Shown piece after piece: positions 10,326 through 18,997 of a stretch of DNA of 64,000 bases; the stretch's first letter is position 1, and the number at the start of each line of letters is the position of its first letter. The notes beneath the pieces were generated by a model. That model was not told where the DNA came from and did not search any database. It was given only the letters and a program-made list of their open reading frames with translations. Source of the stretch: an uncultured Pelagibacteraceae bacterium (GTDB lineage: Bacteria > Pseudomonadota > Alphaproteobacteria > Pelagibacterales > Pelagibacteraceae); the NCBI GenBank assembly GCA_902633125.1, contig CACPEZ010000004.1, positions 18,143 through 82,142 on the forward strand. Direction: 5' to 3'. A program made the position numbers and the translations under genes.

Positions 10326-10547
10326 TTAACCGTCTGTTATATTGCTTTTCCAGTCGTTAGCACTTGGTTTTTTTCTGACAATTGCATTCATCTTACCATC
10401 TTCTTGTTTAGATGAAATAATATGCCAGCCAACCCAAATAAGAATTGCTATTATAACTAGCACTCCTTCCGAACCAACACCTGGATAGACAGATCCTTGT
10501 ACCTCAGAGGCACTTAAATGATCTATCCAATTTGATACTGTTGCCAT
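10326..10547 (-). CDS. Small single-TM protein (73 aa) downstream of amt
   Basis: GGAGG RBS upstream, TM segment GVLVIIAILIWVGWHII, 14 nt downstream of amt. Confidence 0.8.
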   Translation of the reverse strand: MATVSNWIDHLSASEVQGSVYPGVGSEGVLVIIAILIWVGWHIISSKQEDGKMNAIVRKKPSANDWKSNITDG

Positions 10548-10561
10548 TTACATAACCTCCT

Positions 10562-11962
10562 TTATCTACTGGCCGAGACTACAGCTTTTTCGTCTTCTTT
10601 AGCCTCTTCCATAATTGTATAGTCAAGTCCTGCAAGTTCTACTTCTCTTGGTATTCTTAATTTACCCATTCCGTGAAGAACTTTTGCAATTATATATCCA
10701 GGAAGCATACCTAGTACAAAAAACATTATTATTGCACCGATAAACATTCCAAGAGGATTAATTGCTGCATAATTAGTTCCATCCCACATAGCTCCAACAC
10801 TGTATCCAGATGAAGGATAACCATTTAAAACGAAACCACATATCACAAGACCAACAAATCCAGCATAACCATGAACAGCTACTGCTCCAACTGCATCGTC
10901 GATTTTATATTTTTTCTCGACCCAGTAATGCATTTTGTAAGCTATAACTACTCCAATCATACCGATTATCATTGATTGTATTGGATGATATAAATCATTA
11001 CCTGCAGATGCACAAATTATTCCCGCAAGTCCTGATGAATAAGTCCAGAAAGGATCTCCCTTTGAGACCACATACCCTGCTAACAACCCTCCAGATAACG
11101 ACATTAAAAAGTTCATCGTTATTCCACTAAGTGTGGTGGGAGTTAGGTAGATGTTCGTTGCAGTAAAGAAAGTTACACCTTCCATACCATATTCAGGTCC
11201 AAGATCATAAATCGGAACATTACATGCAGCGTAAAAGCCCCAAAAACCTGTATAGATTAAGAATAATCCAACAGTCACTAACCAAGGATTTCTTGGTCCA
11301 ATGTTTCTCGGTTCTCCGCTAGATGAAAATTTTCCAATTCTTGGTCCTAAAACAATTAGAACACCTAAGGCAAAACCTCCGGCAATTGCGTGAATTACTC
11401 CGGAAGCATAAGCATCGTGATATCCTAATATTTTTAACATCCATCCATCAAAATGCCATCCCCATGAAGCATCTATTGTCCAGAAAACAGATCCAATTGC
11501 AATTGCAAGTATTCCAAATGCAAAAGTAGTTATCCTTTCAATAACCGCTCCAGATACAATTGAAGCTGCAGTCCATGAAAATAATAAAAAGGCTGCCCAG
11601 AAGACACCCATTATATGATCATTAAGATTTACGGCCATCAATGCATTTGTAGGATTAGCAAGATCATTTCCACCAAATCCACCTCCAAGAACTAGACCAG
11701 TGCTTTCGGTCATAATCGAAGGAGCTAATCCGGGTCCTGTTGGAAATGCCCAGTATATCCACCAACCAAAGAAAAACCATGTGACTGTTACCAGTGGTAT
11801 CAGCATTGTATTTTTCATAAGAGTGTGTTGGTGATGTTTGTAACGAGATGCCCCAACTTCATACATACAGAATCCCACGTGGATCAAAAACATAAGAACC
11901 ACAGTTACCCAATAGTAAAATTCTGTAAATAAGGTTGTGAGAGCACCTAATTGATCAGTCAT
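10562..11962 (-). CDS. amt: Amt-family ammonium/methylamine transporter (divergent)
   Basis: About 11 TM helices, SIVSGAVIER, twin-His motifs SGVIHAIAG and DDAVGAVAVHG, GPRIGKF, ELAGLD tail. Confidence 0.9.
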   Translation of the reverse strand: MTDQLGALTTLFTEFYYWVTVVLMFLIHVGFCMYEVGASRYKHHQHTLMKNTMLIPLVTVTWFFFGWWIYWAFPTGPGLAPSIMTESTGLVLGGGFGGNDLANPTNALMAVNLNDHIMGVFWAAFLLFSWTAASIVSGAVIERITTFAFGILAIAIGSVFWTIDASWGWHFDGWMLKILGYHDAYASGVIHAIAGGFALGVLIVLGPRIGKFSSSGEPRNIGPRNPWLVTVGLFLIYTGFWGFYAACNVPIYDLGPEYGMEGVTFFTATNIYLTPTTLSGITMNFLMSLSGGLLAGYVVSKGDPFWTYSSGLAGIICASAGNDLYHPIQSMIIGMIGVVIAYKMHYWVEKKYKIDDAVGAVAVHGYAGFVGLVICGFVLNGYPSSGYSVGAMWDGTNYAAINPLGMFIGAIIMFFVLGMLPGYIIAKVLHGMGKLRIPREVELAGLDYTIMEEAKEDEKAVVSASR

Positions 11963-11990
11963 ATTTCTCTCTCCTATTAATAGTTAATAG

Positions 11991-12019
11991 ACTCTATGAA
12001 ATTTTTTTTACGCTGACAA
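11991..12019 (-). promoter_or_regulatory. Putative sigma70 promoter of amt
   Basis: Minus strand TTGTCA-N17-TAGAGT, then AGGAGAG RBS. Confidence 0.5.
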
Positions 12020-12078
12020 TTTTATTTTATTTATAAAAAGTAGAAGTTAATAATTATTTTATCAACTTGAAATTGAAA

Positions 12079-12489
12079 TTAGAATTTTAAATATGCTTTT
12101 TTAAGGTCAACCAGAGGATGATTCGGGGACATTTGAAACTTTACCAATAATTCTCTAGCTATCATATCTCTATCCTGCTGATTATTAGGTAATTTTATTT
12201 TACTTGGTATCGTTACCCAACCGTTAGCATTTCTATCGAATACAGCAGGTCTATTTTCTTCATATCCCATATGAACATCTTCTAACCAATTAAGATCATC
12301 CCAACCCATAGCTTCTATATATTTTTTTAAAAATGGAGTGAGTCGACTATAGTCAGGCAAAAGATTTACGTCATATCGATAGCCAATTGTTTGGCCAATC
12401 ATTTTTTCTCTAGCAGTCTCTTTTTTCTTGCCTAATTGACCTTTGATCTCTTTTGATTTGACTTTTTTCTTACCTTTTTTCTTTGGCAT
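12079..12489 (-). CDS. Hypothetical protein (136 aa) in the glxBCD-amt operon
   Basis: 8 nt downstream of glxD. Lys-rich N-terminus then a globular region (GYRYDVNLLP, WDDLNWLEDVHMGYE). Confidence 0.8.
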   Translation of the reverse strand: MPKKKGKKKVKSKEIKGQLGKKKETAREKMIGQTIGYRYDVNLLPDYSRLTPFLKKYIEAMGWDDLNWLEDVHMGYEENRPAVFDRNANGWVTIPSKIKLPNNQQDRDMIARELLVKFQMSPNHPLVDLKKAYLKF

Positions 12490-12497
12490 ATTTGCTA

Positions 12498-13889
12498 TTA
12501 GATTTTATGGAAATCTTTAACTCCTACTGTATGATTTGTTCCTGCAAGAGGCACTTTAGCTAAAGCAGACGCCTCCATAGTTAATGCAGCCATATCTTCT
12601 GGTTCTAGCGAGTGAATATTTGTTTTTCCACATGCTCTAGCCAACAATTGAGCCTCCAATGTCATCGCATGCAAGTAATTATACACTCTTAATGCTGCAT
12701 CATCAGGATTTAATCTTTTTCTTAATTTAGGATCTTGAGTAGCAACTCCTACCGGACATCTACCCGTGTGACAGTGATAGCAATGACCTGCGGGAACACC
12801 CATTTCTTTTTCAAAGTTAGATTCTGGTATTTCCTTATTACAATTTAAAGCCACCATTGCACCTGTTCCGATTGCAATTGCGTCTGCACCAAGTGCTAAA
12901 GCTTTAGCCATATCTGCTCCATCTCTAACACCACCTGCATAAATTAAAGTTACTTTTCCAGTTTTACCTACGTCATCCAAAGCTCTTCTTGCTTCTCTAA
13001 TTCCAGCAATTCCTGGGATACCTGTGTTTGCAGCTGCAATGTGTGGCCCAGCACCAGTTGAACCCTCCATTCCATCAAGATAAATTGAGTCTGGATCACA
13101 TTTTGCTGCCATCCTTACATCATCATAAACTTTAGCTGCTCCAAGTTTTAATTGAATTGGCACTTTGTTTTTTGTTAATTCTCTAAGCTCTTGAACTTTT
13201 AAAGCTAAATCATCTGGACCCAACCAATCAGGATGTCTTGCCGGAGATCTTTGATCAATACCTGCGGGTAGCGATCTCATTTCTGCAACTTGGTCAGTAA
13301 CTTTTTGACCCATCAAATGACCACCCATTCCAACTTTTTGTCCTTGTCCAATAAATACCTCAATTCCATCAGCTAGTTGTGCATGGTGTGGGTTAAAACC
13401 ATATCTTGATTGTATGCACTGATAAAACCATTTTTCTGAATATCTTCTCTCATCTGGTATCATTCCACCTTCACCAGAACATGTTGCGCTACCAGCCATT
13501 GTAGCACCTCTAGCTAATGCAGTTTTTGCTTCATAAGATAAAGCTCCAAAACTCATTCCCGTAATGTAAACTGGAATATCAAGCTCAATTGGATTTTCAC
13601 ATCTTGGACCAATAATAGTTTTGGTCTCACATTTTTCTCTATAACCTTCAATAACAAATCTTGTTAATGTACCTGGCAAGAAAACTAGATCATCAAAAGT
13701 AGGTATCTTTTTCATCAAAGCCATTCCTCTCATTCTGTATCTTCCTAATTCCGCTTTGATATGAATGTCGTCCATAACCTCTGGAGTAAAAATAGCGTTG
13801 TGTCCCAACAAACTTTTGTTTCTTGAAGCTATTCCATTACCATTAGAATGACCGTTTGATTTTCCATTACCGTTTTTTTTCTTTGCCAT
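12498..13889 (-). CDS. glxD: FMN-binding glutamate synthase-family subunit (N-methylglutamate synthase MgsC/GlxD-like)
   Basis: GMSFGALS, CSGEGG, GQGQKVGMGGHL, RSPARHPDW, GGVRDGADMAKALALGADA, Fe-S motif CYHCHTGRCPVGVATQD. Confidence 0.85.
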   Translation of the reverse strand: MAKKKNGNGKSNGHSNGNGIASRNKSLLGHNAIFTPEVMDDIHIKAELGRYRMRGMALMKKIPTFDDLVFLPGTLTRFVIEGYREKCETKTIIGPRCENPIELDIPVYITGMSFGALSYEAKTALARGATMAGSATCSGEGGMIPDERRYSEKWFYQCIQSRYGFNPHHAQLADGIEVFIGQGQKVGMGGHLMGQKVTDQVAEMRSLPAGIDQRSPARHPDWLGPDDLALKVQELRELTKNKVPIQLKLGAAKVYDDVRMAAKCDPDSIYLDGMEGSTGAGPHIAAANTGIPGIAGIREARRALDDVGKTGKVTLIYAGGVRDGADMAKALALGADAIAIGTGAMVALNCNKEIPESNFEKEMGVPAGHCYHCHTGRCPVGVATQDPKLRKRLNPDDAALRVYNYLHAMTLEAQLLARACGKTNIHSLEPEDMAALTMEASALAKVPLAGTNHTVGVKDFHKI

Positions 13890-14744
13890 TTAAATTGCTC
13901 CTTTTTTCTCTGTAGGTTCAAGAGCATCGTAATTCCAAAGTTTTTTTCCTGCAACAACTTTGGTCATTTTAGAAACATCGAAGTTTTCTCCGATCTCCGC
14001 AACCTTTAATTTTCTTTTTAACCAATCTTGATCTGAATCAGTCAATTCAGCTTCGACAGCATCACTACCAAATGATCCAATTTTTCCACCTACAAAAATT
14101 GTCCCATCATACATAGAATCTCCTAAATTTATTCCAACATCTCCAAGAATAATAATTCGCCCTCTCTGCATCATAAAACCTGTAAAAGCACCAGCATCTC
14201 CGCCAATAATTATTGTTCCACCTTTTTGATCAATACCAGTTCTTGCACCTACGCTTCCTTTGCATATCAGATCTCCACCTCTAATTGCCGCACCAAAACA
14301 AGAACCTGCATTTTTTTCAATTACTACTTTTCCTGCCATCATATTTTCTGCACATGACCATCCCACTCTTCCATTAATTCTAACAATAGGACCATCCATT
14401 GATCCACACCCAAAGTACCCTAAACTACCTTCAAATATTAAATTTAATTTATTGAGAATTCCAACTCCCAAGCTATGTTTTCCCTGTGGGTTCTTTATTA
14501 CAATAGTTCCGTATCCATCTTTCATTAATTCATCAATTTTTTTATTTGCTTCACGACAATCCATGTTCTTAACGTCAATTTCAGTTCTTTTGTTAAAATC
14601 TACATCATATGTCCCAAAGTAATAAAAATTCTCAGCCTCATCTGGATTAAAAAATTTTTGTTGTGTTTTTCCAGTTAAGACTTCTGTATGAAGTCCCATT
14701 GATTGAGCTTTACTTTTTTTTTCTGATGTTTTTAAATTTGCCAT
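13890..14744 (-). CDS. glxC: GXGXG beta-helix subunit (MgsB/GlxC-like)
   Basis: GXGXG repeats (GRVGWSCAENMMAG, GSVGARTGI, GDAGAFTGFMMQRG, GDSMYDG). Lies between glxB-like and glxD-like genes. Confidence 0.85.
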   Translation of the reverse strand: MANLKTSEKKSKAQSMGLHTEVLTGKTQQKFFNPDEAENFYYFGTYDVDFNKRTEIDVKNMDCREANKKIDELMKDGYGTIVIKNPQGKHSLGVGILNKLNLIFEGSLGYFGCGSMDGPIVRINGRVGWSCAENMMAGKVVIEKNAGSCFGAAIRGGDLICKGSVGARTGIDQKGGTIIIGGDAGAFTGFMMQRGRIIILGDVGINLGDSMYDGTIFVGGKIGSFGSDAVEAELTDSDQDWLKRKLKVAEIGENFDVSKMTKVVAGKKLWNYDALEPTEKKGAI

Positions 14745-15673
14745 ACTTTAACTTCTCCATCAAAAGGATCATAAGTTTCGATTTCTTGTGGTAATATTGA
14801 TCTTATTGCAATTTCCTCTGACCCCATTGCAACTAAATCATCTGACTCATACAATACTAGTGGTTTTGCAGCCATTGTATCTTTCGCCATCCCTAAGCTA
14901 TCTTTTGTAGCAACAAAATAAGTAAATACCCCATCTAAACCGACGAGAGACTCTTTCATTCCCTCTTCTAATGTAGCTCCATTTCTCATTTTTTCTGCAA
15001 GATATACAGCGATTAATTCCGAGTCACATTCTGACATAAATCTCATGCCCTTGTTTTCCAATACTCTTCTATTATTCCAATAGTTTGTTAATTGTCCATT
15101 ATGAACGACTGATACATCGCTAAAAGGATAACCCCAAAATGGGTGAGCAGATTTAATATCCACTCCCGACTCTGTTGCCATTCTAGCATGACCAATTGCA
15201 TGTGTCCCGACAACTTTATCTAAATTATATCTGTTACAAACAACTTCAGCATTACCCAGATCTTTAATTACTTCTAGAGATTTTCCCATAGATAATATTT
15301 CTACACCCTCAACACTTTCTATTTTTTGAGAAAATTCCATTAAATCTTTGTCATACTGAATTTCATACCGTAATGAATAAGGAAGAATTCTATCTTCTTT
15401 TATCACCTTAGCGCCTAGCTCAGAAAGATAAGAATCAACAATTTTTTTTCTTTCATCATAAACTGATACATCTTCTTTTACTGAAGAGCTTCCCTCTGCA
15501 ACATTTTCACCAACCTTAAATCGCATGATGAAATTTTCTCCATCAGTTTTTCCATACAAAGCATATCCAGTTGAGTCCTCACCCCTATGCTTTAATGCTT
15601 GAAGCATTCCTTGGAGTTCAAAACCTACATTTGATGTATTTCCTCTATGAATTAATCCTGCTATTCCGCACAT
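14732..15673 (-). CDS. glxB: Class II (Ntn) glutamine amidotransferase subunit (MgsA/GlxB-like)
   Basis: N-terminal MCGI nucleophile, HRGEDSTG, GHARMATES, AHPF, VHNGQL, DSE. Confidence 0.87.
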   Translation of the reverse strand: MCGIAGLIHRGNTSNVGFELQGMLQALKHRGEDSTGYALYGKTDGENFIMRFKVGENVAEGSSSVKEDVSVYDERKKIVDSYLSELGAKVIKEDRILPYSLRYEIQYDKDLMEFSQKIESVEGVEILSMGKSLEVIKDLGNAEVVCNRYNLDKVVGTHAIGHARMATESGVDIKSAHPFWGYPFSDVSVVHNGQLTNYWNNRRVLENKGMRFMSECDSELIAVYLAEKMRNGATLEEGMKESLVGLDGVFTYFVATKDSLGMAKDTMAAKPLVLYESDDLVAMGSEEIAIRSILPQEIETYDPFDGEVKVWQI

Positions 15674-15690
15674 ATAATTTCCTTATTAAA

Positions 15691-17160
15691 TTATGGTAAA
15701 CAATCCAGATAAGTATCAAGATCCCATTGTGTTGTTGCACCTAAGAATTTTTCCCACTCATCTCGTTTGTACCAATTAAATACTTTATACATTTCATCTG
15801 GCATTGATGATTTTATTACCTCATCCTCCGCCAATCTATCTAAAGCTTCACCTAAACTTAGTGGAAGTTTTTTAACATCTTTACCAGCTTTTTGAGCTTC
15901 ATATATGTTTCTAGACTCAGGTTTGGCTGGTTTCATTTTTTTAGATATTCCTTCATCACAAGCTTTAAGTAAAGCTGCACCTAATAAATATGGATTATGC
16001 ATAGAGTCAACTGATCTGTACTCAAATCTACCTGGAGCAGATACTCTTAGACCACATGTTCTATTTTGATAACCCCAGTCAGCATATACTGGTGCCCAAA
16101 AACCTTGATCCCATAATCTTCTATATGAGTTCACTGTCGAAGAACCAATTGCTGTTAAAGCTGGTAAGTGTTTCATTATCCCTGCAATTGATTGTAATCC
16201 AATTTTTCCAGGTAACTGCATATCTTTAGTATCTGGCATGAAAGTATTTGTTCCACCTGATACATAACTAAACACTTCTTCTACACCAGGAAGTTTTTTG
16301 TTACCCAATTTGTTCACAGATACTTTTCCACCTTTCCACAAAGACATGTTGGTGTGACATCCACTTGCTGAAACTCCCATAAATGGTTTGGTCATAAAGC
16401 AAGCAATAAGATTATGTTCTCTTGCTACTTGAGCACAAATTTGTCTATACGTAGATAATCTATCAGCATTTCTTAAAACATTATCAAATGTCCAGTTAAG
16501 CTCTAATTGACCAGGAGCATCTTCATGGTCACCTTGGATCATATCAAGACCCATCGCTTTTGCGTATTCAATAACCTTCATAAACACAGGTCTTAATGAC
16601 TCAAATTGATCAATATGATAACAGAAAGGTTTTGAGAAACCTTGTCCAGTTGGAGTTCCGTCAGGATTTTTTGTTAACCACATCATTTCAGGCTCTGTTC
16701 CAACTCTTAATTCTAATCCATGTTTCTTTTTGAACTCATTCATGAAAATTCTAAGATTACCTCTGCAGTCACTTGTTAAATGACCACCTGGATTTTTTCT
16801 TTCTTCTCTGTTTCTAAAACACGTAACAAAAACTCTTCCAACTCTTTTATCCCAAGGTAATTGAACAAAAGTTTCTGGATCAGGTATTCCCACTAATTCC
16901 ATAGCTTCTGGACCGTAACCAATATAATTATTATGACGATCTAAAAATAAGTTTGCAGTTGCTCCATAAACCAATTGAAAACCTTTTTCTGCAGTTCTTT
17001 CCCAGTGGTCTGCTGGTATTCCTTTTCCAACAACTCTTCCAGTTACTGAAATAAATTGATAATAGATATAAGTAATTCCTAATTCGTTTATTTTTTCTCT
17101 AACCTTTTTGACGAGTTTAGCTCTACCTGGTTGGTTTACGTGTTTTTCAAGATCCGTCAT
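15691..17160 (-). CDS. Second glutamine synthetase-family gamma-glutamyl-amine ligase
   Basis: GTEPEMMW, DHEDAPGQLELN, KPFMGVSASGCHTN, NSYRRL, WGYQNRT, RFEYRSVDS. Clearly distinct from glnT. AGGGGG RBS. Confidence 0.88.
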   Translation of the reverse strand: MTDLEKHVNQPGRAKLVKKVREKINELGITYIYYQFISVTGRVVGKGIPADHWERTAEKGFQLVYGATANLFLDRHNNYIGYGPEAMELVGIPDPETFVQLPWDKRVGRVFVTCFRNREERKNPGGHLTSDCRGNLRIFMNEFKKKHGLELRVGTEPEMMWLTKNPDGTPTGQGFSKPFCYHIDQFESLRPVFMKVIEYAKAMGLDMIQGDHEDAPGQLELNWTFDNVLRNADRLSTYRQICAQVAREHNLIACFMTKPFMGVSASGCHTNMSLWKGGKVSVNKLGNKKLPGVEEVFSYVSGGTNTFMPDTKDMQLPGKIGLQSIAGIMKHLPALTAIGSSTVNSYRRLWDQGFWAPVYADWGYQNRTCGLRVSAPGRFEYRSVDSMHNPYLLGAALLKACDEGISKKMKPAKPESRNIYEAQKAGKDVKKLPLSLGEALDRLAEDEVIKSSMPDEMYKVFNWYKRDEWEKFLGATTQWDLDTYLDCLP

Positions 17161-17188
17161 TCTTCCCCCTTTGAATTTTCAGATCAAA

Positions 17189-17217
17189 AAGGTAACTGAA
17201 AAAAAAACGTTTGTCTA
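17189..17217 (-). promoter_or_regulatory. Possible sigma70 promoter of the GS-like gene
   Basis: Minus strand TAGACA-N17-TACCTT. Confidence 0.35.
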
Positions 17218-17227
17218 CTTAGATAAA

Positions 17228-18556
17228 TTAGCTCCAAGGAAACGGACTGTTCGATGTCGGATGAAGTTTGCCTTTTTCATATCTATCGAACCTGAACGGT
17301 TTTAGTAATTCACTTTCTTGACCTAAAATTTCTTGTGCAACAAGGTGTCCAACACCTATCATTTTATAACCATGATTTGCATCTGCAATCATGTAAACAT
17401 TTTCAAAAAATCTATCGAATATCGGGAATGAATCTGGAGTTAAACAACCCAATCCTCCTGATGGTCCTTTTCTATACAAATGTGATTTACCAACAAAACG
17501 TTTCTGAATATGTGCAAGTGCTGAAGTCCACATATCAGAAAATTTATCTGTAGTTTGATATTCAGGAGAGTCAATTCCATATGGGTCAACATTAACTTCA
17601 TCAAAATGTTTTTGAACAATGTAAGGTGATGTTCCACCTTGAACTCCCAATCCTTCAATATCAGGTTTATAATAAATACCCCATAAGTCTTCTGTAATTA
17701 TTTTACCATCTTTGTCAGAATAAAGTGGTGCATCTGTATCAACATGAATTACTGGAGGCGGTTTACCTTCATTAGTTTTTAAATAATCTGCATCTACACC
17801 CAATACACCTTCTTGTAAAAACCAGTACTTCCACATTTCAACTTCATGCATTTTTCCATTTTTAGCATTTTTTATGTTAGTAGTTTTTGGTAACTCCAAC
17901 ATATTCCAAAAATCTCTTACCCATGGTCCTGCTCCAATAACTACCTGATCACAATCAATTGTACCTTTATCTGTAACCACGCCAGTAATTGCATTACTGT
18001 TACTCCCTCTTTTAAAACCTGTAACCTTTACTCCTTTATGAACGTTTACACCGTTTGAATTTGCTTTTTTCTCTAGTGCTTTAATTGAGTCCTTATTAAA
18101 TGCATATCCACCTTTTTTTTCATGCAAGACTGATGTAATACCTTTTGCTTGCCAATCACTAAAAATTCCTTGCATATATTTCATGCAATCTTTTTCACCT
18201 TCTATAAATTCTGACTCATATCCAATAGCTTTTTGTTGTTCATAAATACTTGCAACATCTTTATGCATTACTTCTGGAGAAATTTGCATATAGCCAACAG
18301 CATTATATTTAAATGCCTCTGGATCACTTTCCCAAACACTAACTGAATGAGCCATTAATTCTCTCATTGCTGGTTGAAAATAATTATTTCTAACAACTCC
18401 ACATGCAATTCCACTTGCACCTGCAGCAGTGTCTTTTTTTTCTAGGACAACTACATCGTTTGGATTTTTATATTTTTCGGAAAGTTTCCAAGCAGTACTT
18501 AACCCGTGAATTCCTCCACCAATTATTACAACTTTTGCTTTTGTCGGTAACGACAT
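17228..18556 (-). CDS. FAD-dependent amine oxidoreductase (DAO / sarcosine oxidase-beta superfamily)
   Basis: VVIIGGGIHG dinucleotide fold, GASGIACGVVR, GAGPW, TPDSFPI, HGYKMIG. Confidence 0.85.
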   Translation of the reverse strand: MSLPTKAKVVIIGGGIHGLSTAWKLSEKYKNPNDVVVLEKKDTAAGASGIACGVVRNNYFQPAMRELMAHSVSVWESDPEAFKYNAVGYMQISPEVMHKDVASIYEQQKAIGYESEFIEGEKDCMKYMQGIFSDWQAKGITSVLHEKKGGYAFNKDSIKALEKKANSNGVNVHKGVKVTGFKRGSNSNAITGVVTDKGTIDCDQVVIGAGPWVRDFWNMLELPKTTNIKNAKNGKMHEVEMWKYWFLQEGVLGVDADYLKTNEGKPPPVIHVDTDAPLYSDKDGKIITEDLWGIYYKPDIEGLGVQGGTSPYIVQKHFDEVNVDPYGIDSPEYQTTDKFSDMWTSALAHIQKRFVGKSHLYRKGPSGGLGCLTPDSFPIFDRFFENVYMIADANHGYKMIGVGHLVAQEILGQESELLKPFRFDRYEKGKLHPTSNSPFPWS

Positions 18557-18646
18557 GAGCGAACTTTAATTTTTTAGCAAAGGAAAGAATATAATAATTT
18601 TTATATATAATTTATATAAATTCTAAATATTAGTGAGAATTTTTAT

Positions 18647-18997
18647 TTAAAAACTCAAATTTTTGAGAGTTTTCAAATATTCGTTAAATTCATTTACAAA
18701 ATTCTGTGTGGGTAAAACGTACTTTTTTCTATGGTCATTTCCCGTTTTTTCGAGGAAAAAAAATTCTTTATCGCAAGCTTCTTTGATCATGAGTGCAGAT
18801 TTGGGTCTAGAGGTTTTGAAAAGTCTAGTCTTAAGTTCTTCGACAGATAAGTTTTCATTTAATTTATAGGAATTCATCACTATCAACATCATGTGATAAT
18901 GTGAAGGAGACTTTCTGAAAAAGTAATTACTAGATGTATGGGATAGTTTCATTTGATCTTCCCAAAATTCCAGTAAATCCTTTGATGATTTTGACAT
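18647..18997 (-). CDS. Winged-helix (MarR-like) DNA-binding protein, putative
   Basis: Helix-turn-helix-like LSVEELK..TSRPKSALMIKE and wing motif DHRKKYVLPT. TAATG-coupled to tdm. Confidence 0.55.
   Translation of the reverse strand: MSKSSKDLLEFWEDQMKLSHTSSNYFFRKSPSHYHMMLIVMNSYKLNENLSVEELKTRLFKTSRPKSALMIKEACDKEFFFLEKTGNDHRKKYVLPTQNFVNEFNEYLKTLKNLSF

Noticed and set aside
18598-18622. TATATA-rich palindromes upstream of the FAD oxidoreductase (similar tracts near 21387 and 39037)
   Set aside because: Pure A/T palindromes are expected by chance in such AT-rich intergenic DNA.
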